Part shown: piece by piece, positions 28,801-36,102 of the stretch
Layout of the letters: every line of letters begins with the position of its first letter
How positions within the stretch are numbered: the stretch's first letter is position 1
Origin: a virus
Length of the DNA stretch: 64,000 bases
Strand: one strand, 5' to 3'
IMG/VR virus record: IMGVR_UViG_3300025289_000026
Coordinates: 14,503-78,502 of that record
The notes under the pieces: model-generated
The model's database searches: none
The model's input: the letters and a program-made list of their open reading frames with translations, nothing else
Told to the model about the DNA's origin: nothing
Position numbers and translations under genes: made by a program

Positions 28801-30884
28801 CCAAAATTGTTGTTAACTCCACCCATTCCATACCCAACAACGGGTCGATATTCGTGAACGAAAACACGTCGAGTGGACCCCTCGTTGTGGAGTTCGAGGA
28901 CCTGACGATAGAAGGGGCAAGTGTGGTTGAAAGTGCCAATACGGTTTACGCCACTGGTTCAGGGTCGTGGTCGGTGGCGAACACGTTCATGTCACCGCAA
29001 ATCAGCAACGGTTCCCTTTATGCTGGTAAGAGATTGGTTGTCTCCTCGGGGTCGGGATCCGTGAGGGCACTGAATGGAGAGTTTACTATTCTAGGCGGAG
29101 GTGTGGGGTACGTTGTAGTCACTTCCCCGGGTGTAGCCGACGCCACCAAGCTTTACCCCGGGGGTCCACTTTCATTTCCCACGGTGGGAACGCTTCCGTT
29201 CTCCATTGTCGACGCGGGTCTGCTGCAGGCGACGGCTACGCATTCAGCTTTTGACCTTTCGGCATCGAACTACGGCGGTGCTCCTCATAAAATCGCCGTC
29301 CGCAGATGTGCTGTTGAGAAGGTCAAGTATGGATTCAATACCAAACTTAGTGATGCTGAATTTAGCGACACCGCGTTTAGATGGTGTACAGAGGCCGCGC
29401 TGTACTCTGGAGCAGCTTCGGACGGTCTTATTTCCGGTACCCTGACGCCGCCCACACGTATCCGGGGTTGTCAGTTCCGAAGCTGCAGTTGGGCGGAGTC
29501 CGCCACTTCAAATAAATACGTGATAATTGCAACTAACCTGCAGTTGCAATCGTGTACCTTTGGTAGCAACGGGTTGGAGTCACTCTATAGTCCAGGCATG
29601 ATTGTTGACCGGTGGGCTCCAGGGCTTGTCGCAGGTTCCTTTGTGTCGGCATGGGGTTGCCAGGCCGATGCCGGTTACTACGGATTCGTTGGGGTAGTGT
29701 TAAAAATCAGCAACTGCCAATTCCGATACGACGTGTACCCCGGAAGCTTGGTGGCGCTCCCCCAAGGTTTTGGTGAGGCCGTCATTAAATGTATTGGCTC
29801 CGGCTTTCCGGCTTACGCTTCCGTACGGGATTGCGAGTTTACCGGTGTGGTCAAATCGAAGGCTATAGAGTTGGTTTCTGTCGAGTCAGCAGTAGTCAGT
29901 GGGTGTACGTTCCGTCCCGATACGACTTTAGATAGCTCTGATTATTGGGGATCTTTTTCTGGGGATACGCTTATCCGTGCGGAGCTCTCGACGGTGTCCA
30001 TCAAGGACAGCACATTTACTTCCCCGAGGCTGCAGCATGTTTTACTTGTTGAATGCTCTGATTGCGACATCCGTGGCAACGTGTTTGACGGTCCCAACGA
30101 CAACACAGGACTATACACTGGGTTTAGTTCTTGTGTTGAACTCACGGGAACTGCTTCCTTTGTGTCCCGACGTAACAGGATCATCGAAAACAGTTTTATT
30201 GGACTTGACTCGACGTTCAAGGCTATACGCCTTGCGAATTACAACGATATGATTCAGGTGAGGAACAATGTTGGCGACGGATCTTTTGACCGCGGTGTTC
30301 AGGTGGAAGATACCGACAGTCAGCCCGCCGCTGTCGTCGTTGGAAACCGGTTCGGTATTCCACTAAATAAACAGGTAACGAATGCCAGCGGGGCTAACTT
30401 TCATACCTCGGTACTGACCGGGGACGAATTCCGTAAAGTCCACGAGGTCACACTAGCTTCTGCTATAGCTTCCAGCGCTGTCGCCACATTTATATTTTCG
30501 GATTTAGTCGGGACTTTCAAGATACCGGACAACACTTTACCCAGTACCGGAATGTATCTTTTGCTGCTGTACCTCGATACGAGCACACCCAACATAATTA
30601 ATAACCCCGGTGTCTTCGAAGTGCAGGTACTCGATGATAGCGAGCGTATCGTCGGTGAGACAGAATGGGGTGTAGGGACGAGCGGTCCTGTAAGTGAACC
30701 GTTTGACGGTGTAGTCATCCCGGTGACGTTCTACGTCAGTTCAACGACGGTAGAGTACTTAGTTCGGATATCCAACATGAGCATCTTCGATTCTCCGTAC
30801 CCGGGGTTCGCGATAGGCACGAAGCTCAAGGTGTACCGCATGGAGTCCATGGTGGGTGTGATGGATTCCGGCAGTTTGAACTAA
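22824..30884 (+). CDS. Giant tail fibre/tailspike (2686 aa) with two pectin-lyase-like right-handed beta-helix regions
   Basis: Two cap motifs (TIEAAVAAL..GGVISFKPGVY; AINTAL..GGSIVLLEGTY), each followed by IxNCxF/IxGCxF repeats. Confidence 0.8.
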   Translation: MIVRRPKELLLGNLPVATTGPQGSPPDTRLLGRAEPMAAETINRGAYAVAEQLDALYNQVFAIFRKAVTKAARKEVGVTAPYNQFNILQPPGDGLTMYSGVSVDDTPATLADVFQPGENSTYQQAVEGAYTVYRDAGSITDANPFVLQIRTLDTYTDACQIIFVLDNAFLPLPDPVTIAFTNGSPDILEVRYKTAATYYDVAYAINNDIGATVADKFKAVAPVPNTVAVTSLNNLAAGPTSAGQLVDILGKAQVDASIEGIVIDDPISGIDLPALFSNPPAVVKLTTPAHNELSLATAWPGGLGDPLAVGDKLVIGLNASTAAGFPGDGISVGRYQVVEIAALPGPDGYSQGSLIQFTEEFNLPTDTNENFHYLVNRYKARHWAIGHNHRFDIPKSGNPLKLEFGELENIHWFQGTAGIPFADFEDIRIATYRGRYDLPANDMDGQASFVQPLNDEIILTGGGLINPSDGTERLQVVIRPLFNAVPSSVNIEDLRFVMDAVPSSLVNAVKVYYSDSGDPGPSSWIPYGGPKDLQVVESLGPKVLLRVEPDGFSSGIHSYYKVVFQSVITTSANIERIFFSGAHAAGAMIHHTGGGDYVVTDLEVWIVQPSDTPVPNHTVDIYTSNSPSGAAGSFVKIAENIELRQSHLIASNSPSGTNKIFAYRASIFPESYTLVEGLVGGQFLAFIVKEAGVATSQRIIKAWLAESQCQENASHIGSFIGDSLGGAGSSYINPLHPSGFEGATNKFRLITNVDIVGLPGPVANPQIDFGFGSYAKFGELSPDSLRAASGSFGDAGFLGAKLAEVMGEPVSSTVPPERSLIGLENRLREISIITVGLGVTNSFGQFNVSDYPTVNATIEAAVAALLPVDGGVISFKPGVYGDLSSLVTNFVDNHIRINRDNVVLRAEALGSVTIKLRHSPSVARGFCLKLNGSNLGVQDIRFDSDAPAAADASPFLDLENAVWISAPQQLAGPATRPLDGTDDYTDVSIHNCEFAGFTRVRIGTPDISSAFITSAKLSGVRITNCDFDATSDSDPVAVNVSYSSLMVNPTVTRISDLVVSDCRLSGEFVSPVTKAIRIAAATRVAIQRIRGVVKLYWSNTLTLSDSSVFNLYARGVQRFTSTDSEFYTLASGNVPAITLDGYAGRKCSGVVFHACTIATVQGFASGLTQGTLDVMYTDGLIVSECNIESVGNASPSQKDHYGVTLRTAVTSAVFQSCGFVGNRVMLNTDTGVNSKIAIRGCQVVHFSSEPVTSPGTHGVFSFVNVNNLYIGHISAAPGEMSSANPDRLIRLESCNHFTIEAAEARDKGSIHLLNCTFGIVANCRLTNSLSNPGCAVTKTTSSRIFQVGNITSDGGGIVLPDGARYRSEEPSGTSLPLADGKEILKYGDGVTYGSFRVWKAGHKILITQNVKSFTEAGGLLIGANVITKEINAQASTTLVLGVGSEVLEVYGSRGGDATAQSLVSSITTGGAGLLSLLPSWALSLLSGMNSPLLAFLKTVVASVGGASGKPGIVLEQFTDAVVLSVNLQSDTGQTDRSNSWNNSYWSKKDTSKAAFAFILTLASNAGDSPPSTTARFAVVASGERTTTGSLSTSVRFTFDTTGNGVGRFLASNGGIIRAALETVGTILQRGIGSDVAARHFDSDSSPLLSFKEWSTVKFPNASTGATTEFYRWALTNNVNYDSANLRWGINTNIHTTFTEALALAVGGEGHLFALYRLTAGETTTLRAAPGYIAATGTPGTQTWRMVFAITTSGTIVQGSPGSSAVIGAIPLFKFMSFFRQWQDVSLPRPNAPGSSDSFSLVFTHNVDYNDTGPVWVGKSTLDTRFGSNAYAMALLSPNFLFAIYALKSASDSIAGRSVPVTGTPGGATGTWRPIFWMDYGGSIQFTKNDLPGIPETVAAVSDVSVPATFVIAAPDSVNIGRADYVATSSAQNAINTALRDLEAESPGGPTNPKGGSIVLLEGTYNITDVIKIGVSGQIPCRHIKFIGQGRGSTKIVVNSTHSIPNNGSIFVNENTSSGPLVVEFEDLTIEGASVVESANTVYATGSGSWSVANTFMSPQISNGSLYAGKRLVVSSGSGSVRALNGEFTILGGGVGYVVVTSPGVADATKLYPGGPLSFPTVGTLPFSIVDAGLLQATATHSAFDLSASNYGGAPHKIAVRRCAVEKVKYGFNTKLSDAEFSDTAFRWCTEAALYSGAASDGLISGTLTPPTRIRGCQFRSCSWAESATSNKYVIIATNLQLQSCTFGSNGLESLYSPGMIVDRWAPGLVAGSFVSAWGCQADAGYYGFVGVVLKISNCQFRYDVYPGSLVALPQGFGEAVIKCIGSGFPAYASVRDCEFTGVVKSKAIELVSVESAVVSGCTFRPDTTLDSSDYWGSFSGDTLIRAELSTVSIKDSTFTSPRLQHVLLVECSDCDIRGNVFDGPNDNTGLYTGFSSCVELTGTASFVSRRNRIIENSFIGLDSTFKAIRLANYNDMIQVRNNVGDGSFDRGVQVEDTDSQPAAVVVGNRFGIPLNKQVTNASGANFHTSVLTGDEFRKVHEVTLASAIASSAVATFIFSDLVGTFKIPDNTLPSTGMYLLLLYLDTSTPNIINNPGVFEVQVLDDSERIVGETEWGVGTSGPVSEPFDGVVIPVTFYVSSTTVEYLVRISNMSIFDSPYPGFAIGTKLKVYRMESMVGVMDSGSLN

Positions 30885-30911
30885 AAAAGGCGGCACAGAA
30901 GCGCCGCCTTT
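30883..30911 (-). terminator. Rho-independent terminator between convergent modules, possibly bidirectional
   Basis: AAAGGCGGC/GCCGCCTTT 9-bp inverted repeat, 8-nt loop; A6 run gives a U-tract on the - strand. Confidence 0.75.
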
Positions 30912-30932
30912 GATCCCTGGGTCACGTGGTCA

Positions 30933-31925
30933 TCAGGCTGACCGCAGCAACTCCACCAGCTTGGGCATCCGGGGGGCGGCGAACTCCCGGTAGAGCTGCG
31001 CCTTCACGTCGTCTGGTAACGTGATGATGCCCAAGACATAGACCGTTAGGTCCCACTCGATCCGCCGGATCTCATGGATGACGCTCTGCTCGGCTTCCTG
31101 AATCTTGAGCGCGAGGAACTGGACTGCCTCGGGTCCCATGGCCGGGAGCTGGGGCGACGCCGTGGGGTCCTGGGTCTTCTCGAGAGTCCGGTGACCCATG
31201 AGCGACTCGATCGCCGAGGCCGCGGCCGCGACATCCGGGGTTGTGACCGGCCCGGGGGTCTCGATGGTGTTGTGCTGGGGCACAGGGGTCTGGGCAACCT
31301 GAGGAACCGGTGCCGCGGGAACCGATGGAGGGGTTACCCCAGGGGCCACGACTGTGTCGGGTAGCAACGGGAGACCCGACAGATCATACCCGGGGGGCGT
31401 TTTGTCCACATGGAGGCGCCCATGTGCCCCGAGGCCCTTGAGATCCCGGGGGGTCTTGGTGATGTAGAGGTTTGGTTTCCCGTCCTTGACACACTGCTGA
31501 CACAGGAGTCGGCCGTCCTGAAGCGCCAGGTGGTTGTTCGCAGTACGGAACACCGGGTACGGAAACGGAGGCAACGGGATCGTGCTGGTTGGGACCCCGG
31601 GGCCTTGGGGTTGGGGAACCGTCCCGGGGACCTGGGCAACGGGCGGAGGTGCCGTCGTGACCGGCGTGGCGACCGCGGACCCCTGGGTAGCCCCGGCTTC
31701 AGGCCCGTTGGCCAACATCCCGAGGGCCTGGAGGTCGTTCACGAGGTCCGGTTGGGTGACCCGCTGGTACTTGTCCATCAGGTACCGCATGATGTCGGAA
31801 TTTTCCGCAACCTGGACGGGTAACCCGTCTTTGCCGCGGAACACCACGTTGGTCCGTTGGGCCGTGGTCACGGCCCAGCCGACCAGTTCGGCGAATGTTT
31901 GGTTATGAGCTTCTTGAGGGGTCAT
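30933..31925 (-). CDS. Pro-rich hypothetical protein with a C2H2-like zinc finger
   Basis: AAGGAG SD; CQQC...HGRLH. Confidence 0.75.
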   Translation of the reverse strand: MTPQEAHNQTFAELVGWAVTTAQRTNVVFRGKDGLPVQVAENSDIMRYLMDKYQRVTQPDLVNDLQALGMLANGPEAGATQGSAVATPVTTAPPPVAQVPGTVPQPQGPGVPTSTIPLPPFPYPVFRTANNHLALQDGRLLCQQCVKDGKPNLYITKTPRDLKGLGAHGRLHVDKTPPGYDLSGLPLLPDTVVAPGVTPPSVPAAPVPQVAQTPVPQHNTIETPGPVTTPDVAAAASAIESLMGHRTLEKTQDPTASPQLPAMGPEAVQFLALKIQEAEQSVIHEIRRIEWDLTVYVLGIITLPDDVKAQLYREFAAPRMPKLVELLRSA

Positions 31926-31945
31926 GCAATCTCCTTTTTAAGGGG

Positions 31946-32332
31946 TTATGGGTTACGAGGGAAGCGTGGGTGACGAAGAACCTTGTTCTGCACTTGGCAC
32001 TCCATCACGTGGACATCTTGATGAGCAAAGCAGTTGGCATCGCACGACATGCTGGTTCGGTAGATGTGGAAGCGGTTCAGCAGGATCCCGGCCTGGTGGA
32101 ACCTGATCTCATCCACTGGGCTCCCAGGGGGCTCGCCTCCACCTTCAAGGAACTGGATAAGGAGTGCCCTTTGGGTCCAGGGGGATAGGAACCTCTTGAG
32201 CCTGGCTTCACAGGCCACCCGGAGTTCCGTGTTATTGATCCCGTGGTATTGCTCGGCTTCAGAGCTTTCGGCCCCTCTGGGGTCCGAGGGTTCCGTTGGC
32301 ATCTCTGAACCTTGCGTCTGGGTCTCGTCCAT
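31946..32332 (-). CDS. Hypothetical protein with a C-terminal Cys/His cluster
   Basis: GAGGAG SD; CDANCFAH..C. Confidence 0.65.
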   Translation of the reverse strand: MDETQTQGSEMPTEPSDPRGAESSEAEQYHGINNTELRVACEARLKRFLSPWTQRALLIQFLEGGGEPPGSPVDEIRFHQAGILLNRFHIYRTSMSCDANCFAHQDVHVMECQVQNKVLRHPRFPRNP

Positions 32333-32843
32333 AGAAATCATCTCCTCGTCTCGTGATCTCCCGGGAGATGAACTGGATCCTCCTGGAAATCATGGATCGT
32401 GCGTTTTCGAGTTTGTCGGCCGTGATCCGGGCCGTCAGGTACTCGGTGTCGGTCTGGATGTACCGGGGGTCACCGCGGTACTCTTCATCGGCGTCGTCTT
32501 TGGACTTGCCGGATGCTCGGATGTCCTTCTTGACCTCCACTTTGATCAGGTCACTCAGGGCCTTGGACACCACTTTGTCATGGTCCGCGTTGGTCGCCAG
32601 GGCCGCGATGTAGTTGTGCCATGCTTCGGTCGCCTGGTAGAGGCGCCCAAGCTCCTGGCTCGTGATGACGGTCAGGTCCTCGGGCATCATGGGGAACCCG
32701 ATGTCGTCGTACTCAACCCCCGGGACAGGGCTTTCCACCGGGTTCCGGGGGATCGGGACCTCGACCCTGACGTCCAGGGCATCGCGGTACATCTGGATCT
32801 TGGCCTGGAGCTTGGGATCATCCAATGGTTGGGCAAGCTTCAT
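32259..32843 (-). CDS. Coiled-coil protein, possible UvsY-like recombination mediator
   Basis: ATGA overlap at 32840-32843 with SD; helical, DPRY..SREITRR; in the RecA cluster. Confidence 0.45.
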   Translation of the reverse strand: MKLAQPLDDPKLQAKIQMYRDALDVRVEVPIPRNPVESPVPGVEYDDIGFPMMPEDLTVITSQELGRLYQATEAWHNYIAALATNADHDKVVSKALSDLIKVEVKKDIRASGKSKDDADEEYRGDPRYIQTDTEYLTARITADKLENARSMISRRIQFISREITRRGDDFYGRDPDARFRDANGTLGPQRGRKL

Positions 32844-33538
32844 AATTTCCTGGTGGTTGGGTTCATGACCTCGGGGCAGATGCCACGGAACCTGCAGCTC
32901 GAGGTACAGGGGGATGTCCCGAACCAATGTTTCTTGGTTTCGGGTGGTACCCCGCGGGTGATTGCATCCTCTACCTTCAGGAGCATGGTCCACATTTTCT
33001 TGGCACGATCCGGGCTGTAGGGTACCCGGTACTGCCGGGTCGAGAAATCGTTCCGGCAGATGTACAACAAGTACCCAAGGGTCGCGTTGGTCCTGCTCAT
33101 GTAAAGTTGCAGTTGGTCTTCGTGCTTCTCCAACGGGGTTTTGCCAAGGCTGTCGAACACCGACTTGGAGCAGGTCTTGTATTCATGAACCTCGTGGTGC
33201 TCTTGAGGTCCATGGACATCAGCATCACACCGGCCGGAGCAATGGCTGGAGAACTGGATCCTGAGCTCTGGGCTATAGGTCCACCCCACCATGTCATAAT
33301 GCTTGGCCATTCCATGCTGTACTTGCTCGTGGATATACTTCCCCACGTCCATCATCCCGTTGGATTCGAAGGTTCGGTCTTCCTTGAGCCCCGGGGTCTT
33401 GAGAGCATCGTGGTAACAGGCAAACAGACAACCGTTCACCAGGTTGCTTGGATAGAATCTTCCCGTCGGTTCCCTTGGGGTCTGGTGGAGCGATGGCCAG
33501 GATAGCCGGACAATATCCTCGGGGGTCATGGGGGCCAT
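32840..33538 (-). CDS. Cas4-like PD-(D/E)XK exonuclease with Fe-S cysteines
   Basis: PS..C, GxxIH, GRCD, EYKT, QLQLY and C-terminal CxxxCxxxxxC. Confidence 0.8.
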   Translation of the reverse strand: MAPMTPEDIVRLSWPSLHQTPREPTGRFYPSNLVNGCLFACYHDALKTPGLKEDRTFESNGMMDVGKYIHEQVQHGMAKHYDMVGWTYSPELRIQFSSHCSGRCDADVHGPQEHHEVHEYKTCSKSVFDSLGKTPLEKHEDQLQLYMSRTNATLGYLLYICRNDFSTRQYRVPYSPDRAKKMWTMLLKVEDAITRGVPPETKKHWFGTSPCTSSCRFRGICPEVMNPTTRKL

Positions 33539-33556
33539 TGTACAGATCCTTAAAAA

Positions 33557-33964
33557 TTACGCAAGTTTTAGAAGATCACGCCCGATAGAACCGGACACCA
33601 CTTTGAATACCTGGCCCCCGGCGGCAAAATGGATCATGTGGCTATAGGGTTCCAAGGTGTTGTCACTCTCGAGGGTCTCGAGCTCCAGGCAGTAGCCCGG
33701 CACCACGATGATCTCGCGATGATGCCGGATAAAGTTGACCAAGAGCATCGGGGTACGGCTCGATACCCTGGCATCCTGCAGCAGCTTCCGGATGACCCTG
33801 TTGGTAACCTTGAAGGTATCCTTGGCCGTGCTCTTGACCTCCTGGACCCATCGTTCTCCATGGCGCCCATCTCCCTTGCTGTGCCACATGGCCCCGGAGT
33901 TGGCATTGACCTTCCCGCCGTACTTCTTGATGACGTCGCGTTCGCGTCGTTTCCAATGGTTCAC
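33557..33964 (-). CDS. PD-(D/E)XK nuclease, Holliday junction resolvase-like
   Basis: RE..V, NSGA..KGD, EVKST motifs; directly after RecA. Confidence 0.7.
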   Translation of the reverse strand: MNHWKRRERDVIKKYGGKVNANSGAMWHSKGDGRHGERWVQEVKSTAKDTFKVTNRVIRKLLQDARVSSRTPMLLVNFIRHHREIIVVPGYCLELETLESDNTLEPYSHMIHFAAGGQVFKVVSGSIGRDLLKLA

Positions 33965-35259
33965 TCGGGTTCCTCACCGGACTCGCGATCTTGCAGACTT
34001 TCGTCCATGATCTTGGCCCTGGGGTCAGGGAGTGAGGTCTTGTGTATCCCCCGGATCTCCAGGGCCTTGTGAGCCTGGAGAATATCATCCTGAACCATCT
34101 TGAGGAGATCCGGATCGGTCTGGAGGATGAGGGCCAAGTCCTCTCGTTTTACCTGCTCACCATTCAGTTCCAAGACCCCGTCCCCATAGAACCATTTGTT
34201 ACCTTGATATTTGAATATGTCGGATGACACCGCCAGGTCCGTGACCTCACTGTAGATGTCGGGTCCAATGGGAAGACCCCGGGGGTTGTCCCCCCGGATC
34301 ACGTAGGTGACCTGGCATGACCTGTGGGGTACGCAGATCTTGGACTTGTCCACCGTGATGGAGATCTGTTTGGCCCAGGTCTTCTTGTTCGTCGTGACGA
34401 AGGATGCCACCCGGGTCTTGAGGGCCAGGTGCTTGTCATGCTTGAGGGCATAGCCCCCGGGGGTATCGGTGGCCTCGCCGGTTGGACTCCAGCCCCCGAT
34501 CTTGGCCCTGATCTGGTTGATGATCACGAGGGCTGTCTTGAGATTCTCACGACTCAATCGGTTGCATAGGCTCAAGAGGAAGTTGCAATGACGGTTCACA
34601 AGCTTGGGATTCAGGGCCACGTGGACATCTTCATGCTCTCCCGCGAGTTCCTTGTCCGTCACCATGGCCCCGATGGAATCCAGGATATAGAGGTTGAGCT
34701 CCCCGGTGAGCAGGAGACGCTTGACCTTGTTTAGCTCGGTCTCGGCATTATCCCCATACAGCAGGATGAACTTGCCCCCGCCCTCCTGGGACGCGACGAT
34801 CCTGTCGACCTCCTGGGCCACGACCCCCAGGTTCTTGAACATCTTGATCTCAAGGTCCGAGTACGGGATCTTGACCCCTTGGTGCCGAACCCAGTTGAGA
34901 TCCAGCCCGGCGCTCTCGGTCGAGACGACCGCGATGGCGCAGTTTTTACCGAAGACCTGTTGGGCGCTCTTGGCTAACCCGAGCGCTATGGTGGACTTGA
35001 AGGTTGCGGGTGGGCCAAAGATCTCGGTGATGGCGTTGTACGGGATCCCGCCCCCCGTGATCACGTTGACCCCAAAGATCTGGGCCGGGAGCCGATCCTC
35101 GAACGCAGGGGTTATGTTGCTCCCAACTTCAATGACCCCGCCGTAGTCCCGCCGTAGCTCCTGGATCACCAGGTCTAACCTGCTCTTGCTACTCTTGAGC
35201 TTCGTCGACTTGGGGGTCTTGGGTACCAGATCCTTGGGCTTTTGTTTTTTCTTCGCCAT
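33961..35259 (-). CDS. recA: RecA/UvsX-family recombinase
   Basis: GGGIP..ITEIFGPPATFKST, LDSIGAM, INQIRAKIG, TPGGYALKH. Confidence 0.9.
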   Translation of the reverse strand: MAKKKQKPKDLVPKTPKSTKLKSSKSRLDLVIQELRRDYGGVIEVGSNITPAFEDRLPAQIFGVNVITGGGIPYNAITEIFGPPATFKSTIALGLAKSAQQVFGKNCAIAVVSTESAGLDLNWVRHQGVKIPYSDLEIKMFKNLGVVAQEVDRIVASQEGGGKFILLYGDNAETELNKVKRLLLTGELNLYILDSIGAMVTDKELAGEHEDVHVALNPKLVNRHCNFLLSLCNRLSRENLKTALVIINQIRAKIGGWSPTGEATDTPGGYALKHDKHLALKTRVASFVTTNKKTWAKQISITVDKSKICVPHRSCQVTYVIRGDNPRGLPIGPDIYSEVTDLAVSSDIFKYQGNKWFYGDGVLELNGEQVKREDLALILQTDPDLLKMVQDDILQAHKALEIRGIHKTSLPDPRAKIMDESLQDRESGEEPE

Positions 35260-36085
35260 ATTTAACCGCCTTGTATGCTCGGTAGAGTGATGCACAGTTG
35301 TCTTCTATCGACTCGCCGTACTGGTGACTCGGGATCATGCCGCTGGGGCGTGGATGATAATGGACGGCCGAGACCCAGGTATCGGGCAGGAATACGATGT
35401 CGTGTCTTGACGACACCGACAACGACACCGCCATTGGGTCGGGTTGAAAATCAAACACCACGGCCACCCGGGTTTTGCCCCGGAGCCGGAATTTCATGGA
35501 AGCGAACGGCCGGTCGTTAAGCTCGCCGTGATACCGGGCCGATGGAAGGAGCGGCGACGCCCCGGTGGCCAGGATCCACTTGCGGATGAACTCGACTCGT
35601 TCCTGCTGCCGCAGGCTTGCGATGGGCTTGTTCGAGAGGGTCAGATCCGCAATCCGGACACAGACGGACAGATCCATACTTCCGGGTGGGAGTGCCGCAT
35701 CGAGGGCATTGACTACTGTCCTGTGTATCGACTCCGTATTTTTCCATTGGGGAACCTCGATTGAATTGGTTTTCAGGTACAACCTCATGGTATCAGGTTT
35801 GTAGAACCCCTGGCCTGTGTTCACGCTGTAAACCCTCCCGGTGAACTTCCGGTGCTCCAGATGACCGAAATGCTGGAGCATCATCTTGCGGTCTGTCAAG
35901 AACGCGGTGTACTTGACGTAGTGGAGGAAGGCGTAGACCGCGTCAGCCGCCTGGTGGTAACTGAGGCCCGTGTGGTCCGCTACCTCCTGGATGATCCTGT
36001 GGGCCGAGATCTTGGGCTTCATGCCCTTGGTCTCGGGGGCCGTGGGATCGGGCTCTTGGATGATTTTGTCGATCGGGTCGGTCAT
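35189..36085 (-). CDS. HU/IHF-like DNA-binding domain in one open frame with an unknown C-terminal domain
   Basis: AAGGA SD, ATG 36085; IIQEVADHTGLS..AADAV..F, LQHFGHLE, NTG arm; no stop until 35189. Confidence 0.7.
   Translation of the reverse strand: MTDPIDKIIQEPDPTAPETKGMKPKISAHRIIQEVADHTGLSYHQAADAVYAFLHYVKYTAFLTDRKMMLQHFGHLEHRKFTGRVYSVNTGQGFYKPDTMRLYLKTNSIEVPQWKNTESIHRTVVNALDAALPPGSMDLSVCVRIADLTLSNKPIASLRQQERVEFIRKWILATGASPLLPSARYHGELNDRPFASMKFRLRGKTRVAVVFDFQPDPMAVSLSVSSRHDIVFLPDTWVSAVHYHPRPSGMIPSHQYGESIEDNCASLYRAYKAVKYGEEKTKAQGSGTQDPQVDEAQE
35517..35747 (-). CDS. Small zinc-ribbon protein nested out of frame in the HU-like ORF
   Basis: GAGGT SD before the ATG; CPRCG...CPDCG. Confidence 0.6.
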   Translation of the reverse strand: MEKYGVDTQDSSQCPRCGTPTRKYGSVRLCPDCGSDPLEQAHRKPAAAGTSRVHPQVDPGHRGVAAPSIGPVSRRA

Positions 36086-36102
36086 GTTGGAGTCCTTGTA
36101 TT

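Noticed and set aside
2726-30884. Stand-alone contractile injection system or tailocin
   Set aside because: Terminase, portal-like and replication genes on the same contig indicate a complete phage.
22824-30884. Diversity-generating retroelement or invertible fibre cassette
   Set aside because: No reverse transcriptase, invertase or near-identical DNA repeat pair was seen; the internal repeats are diverged at the protein level.
32840-33538. Cas4-like gene as a sign of a CRISPR-Cas system
   Set aside because: No other cas genes or repeat-spacer array were seen; solo Cas4-like nucleases beside RecA are ordinary in phage recombination modules.
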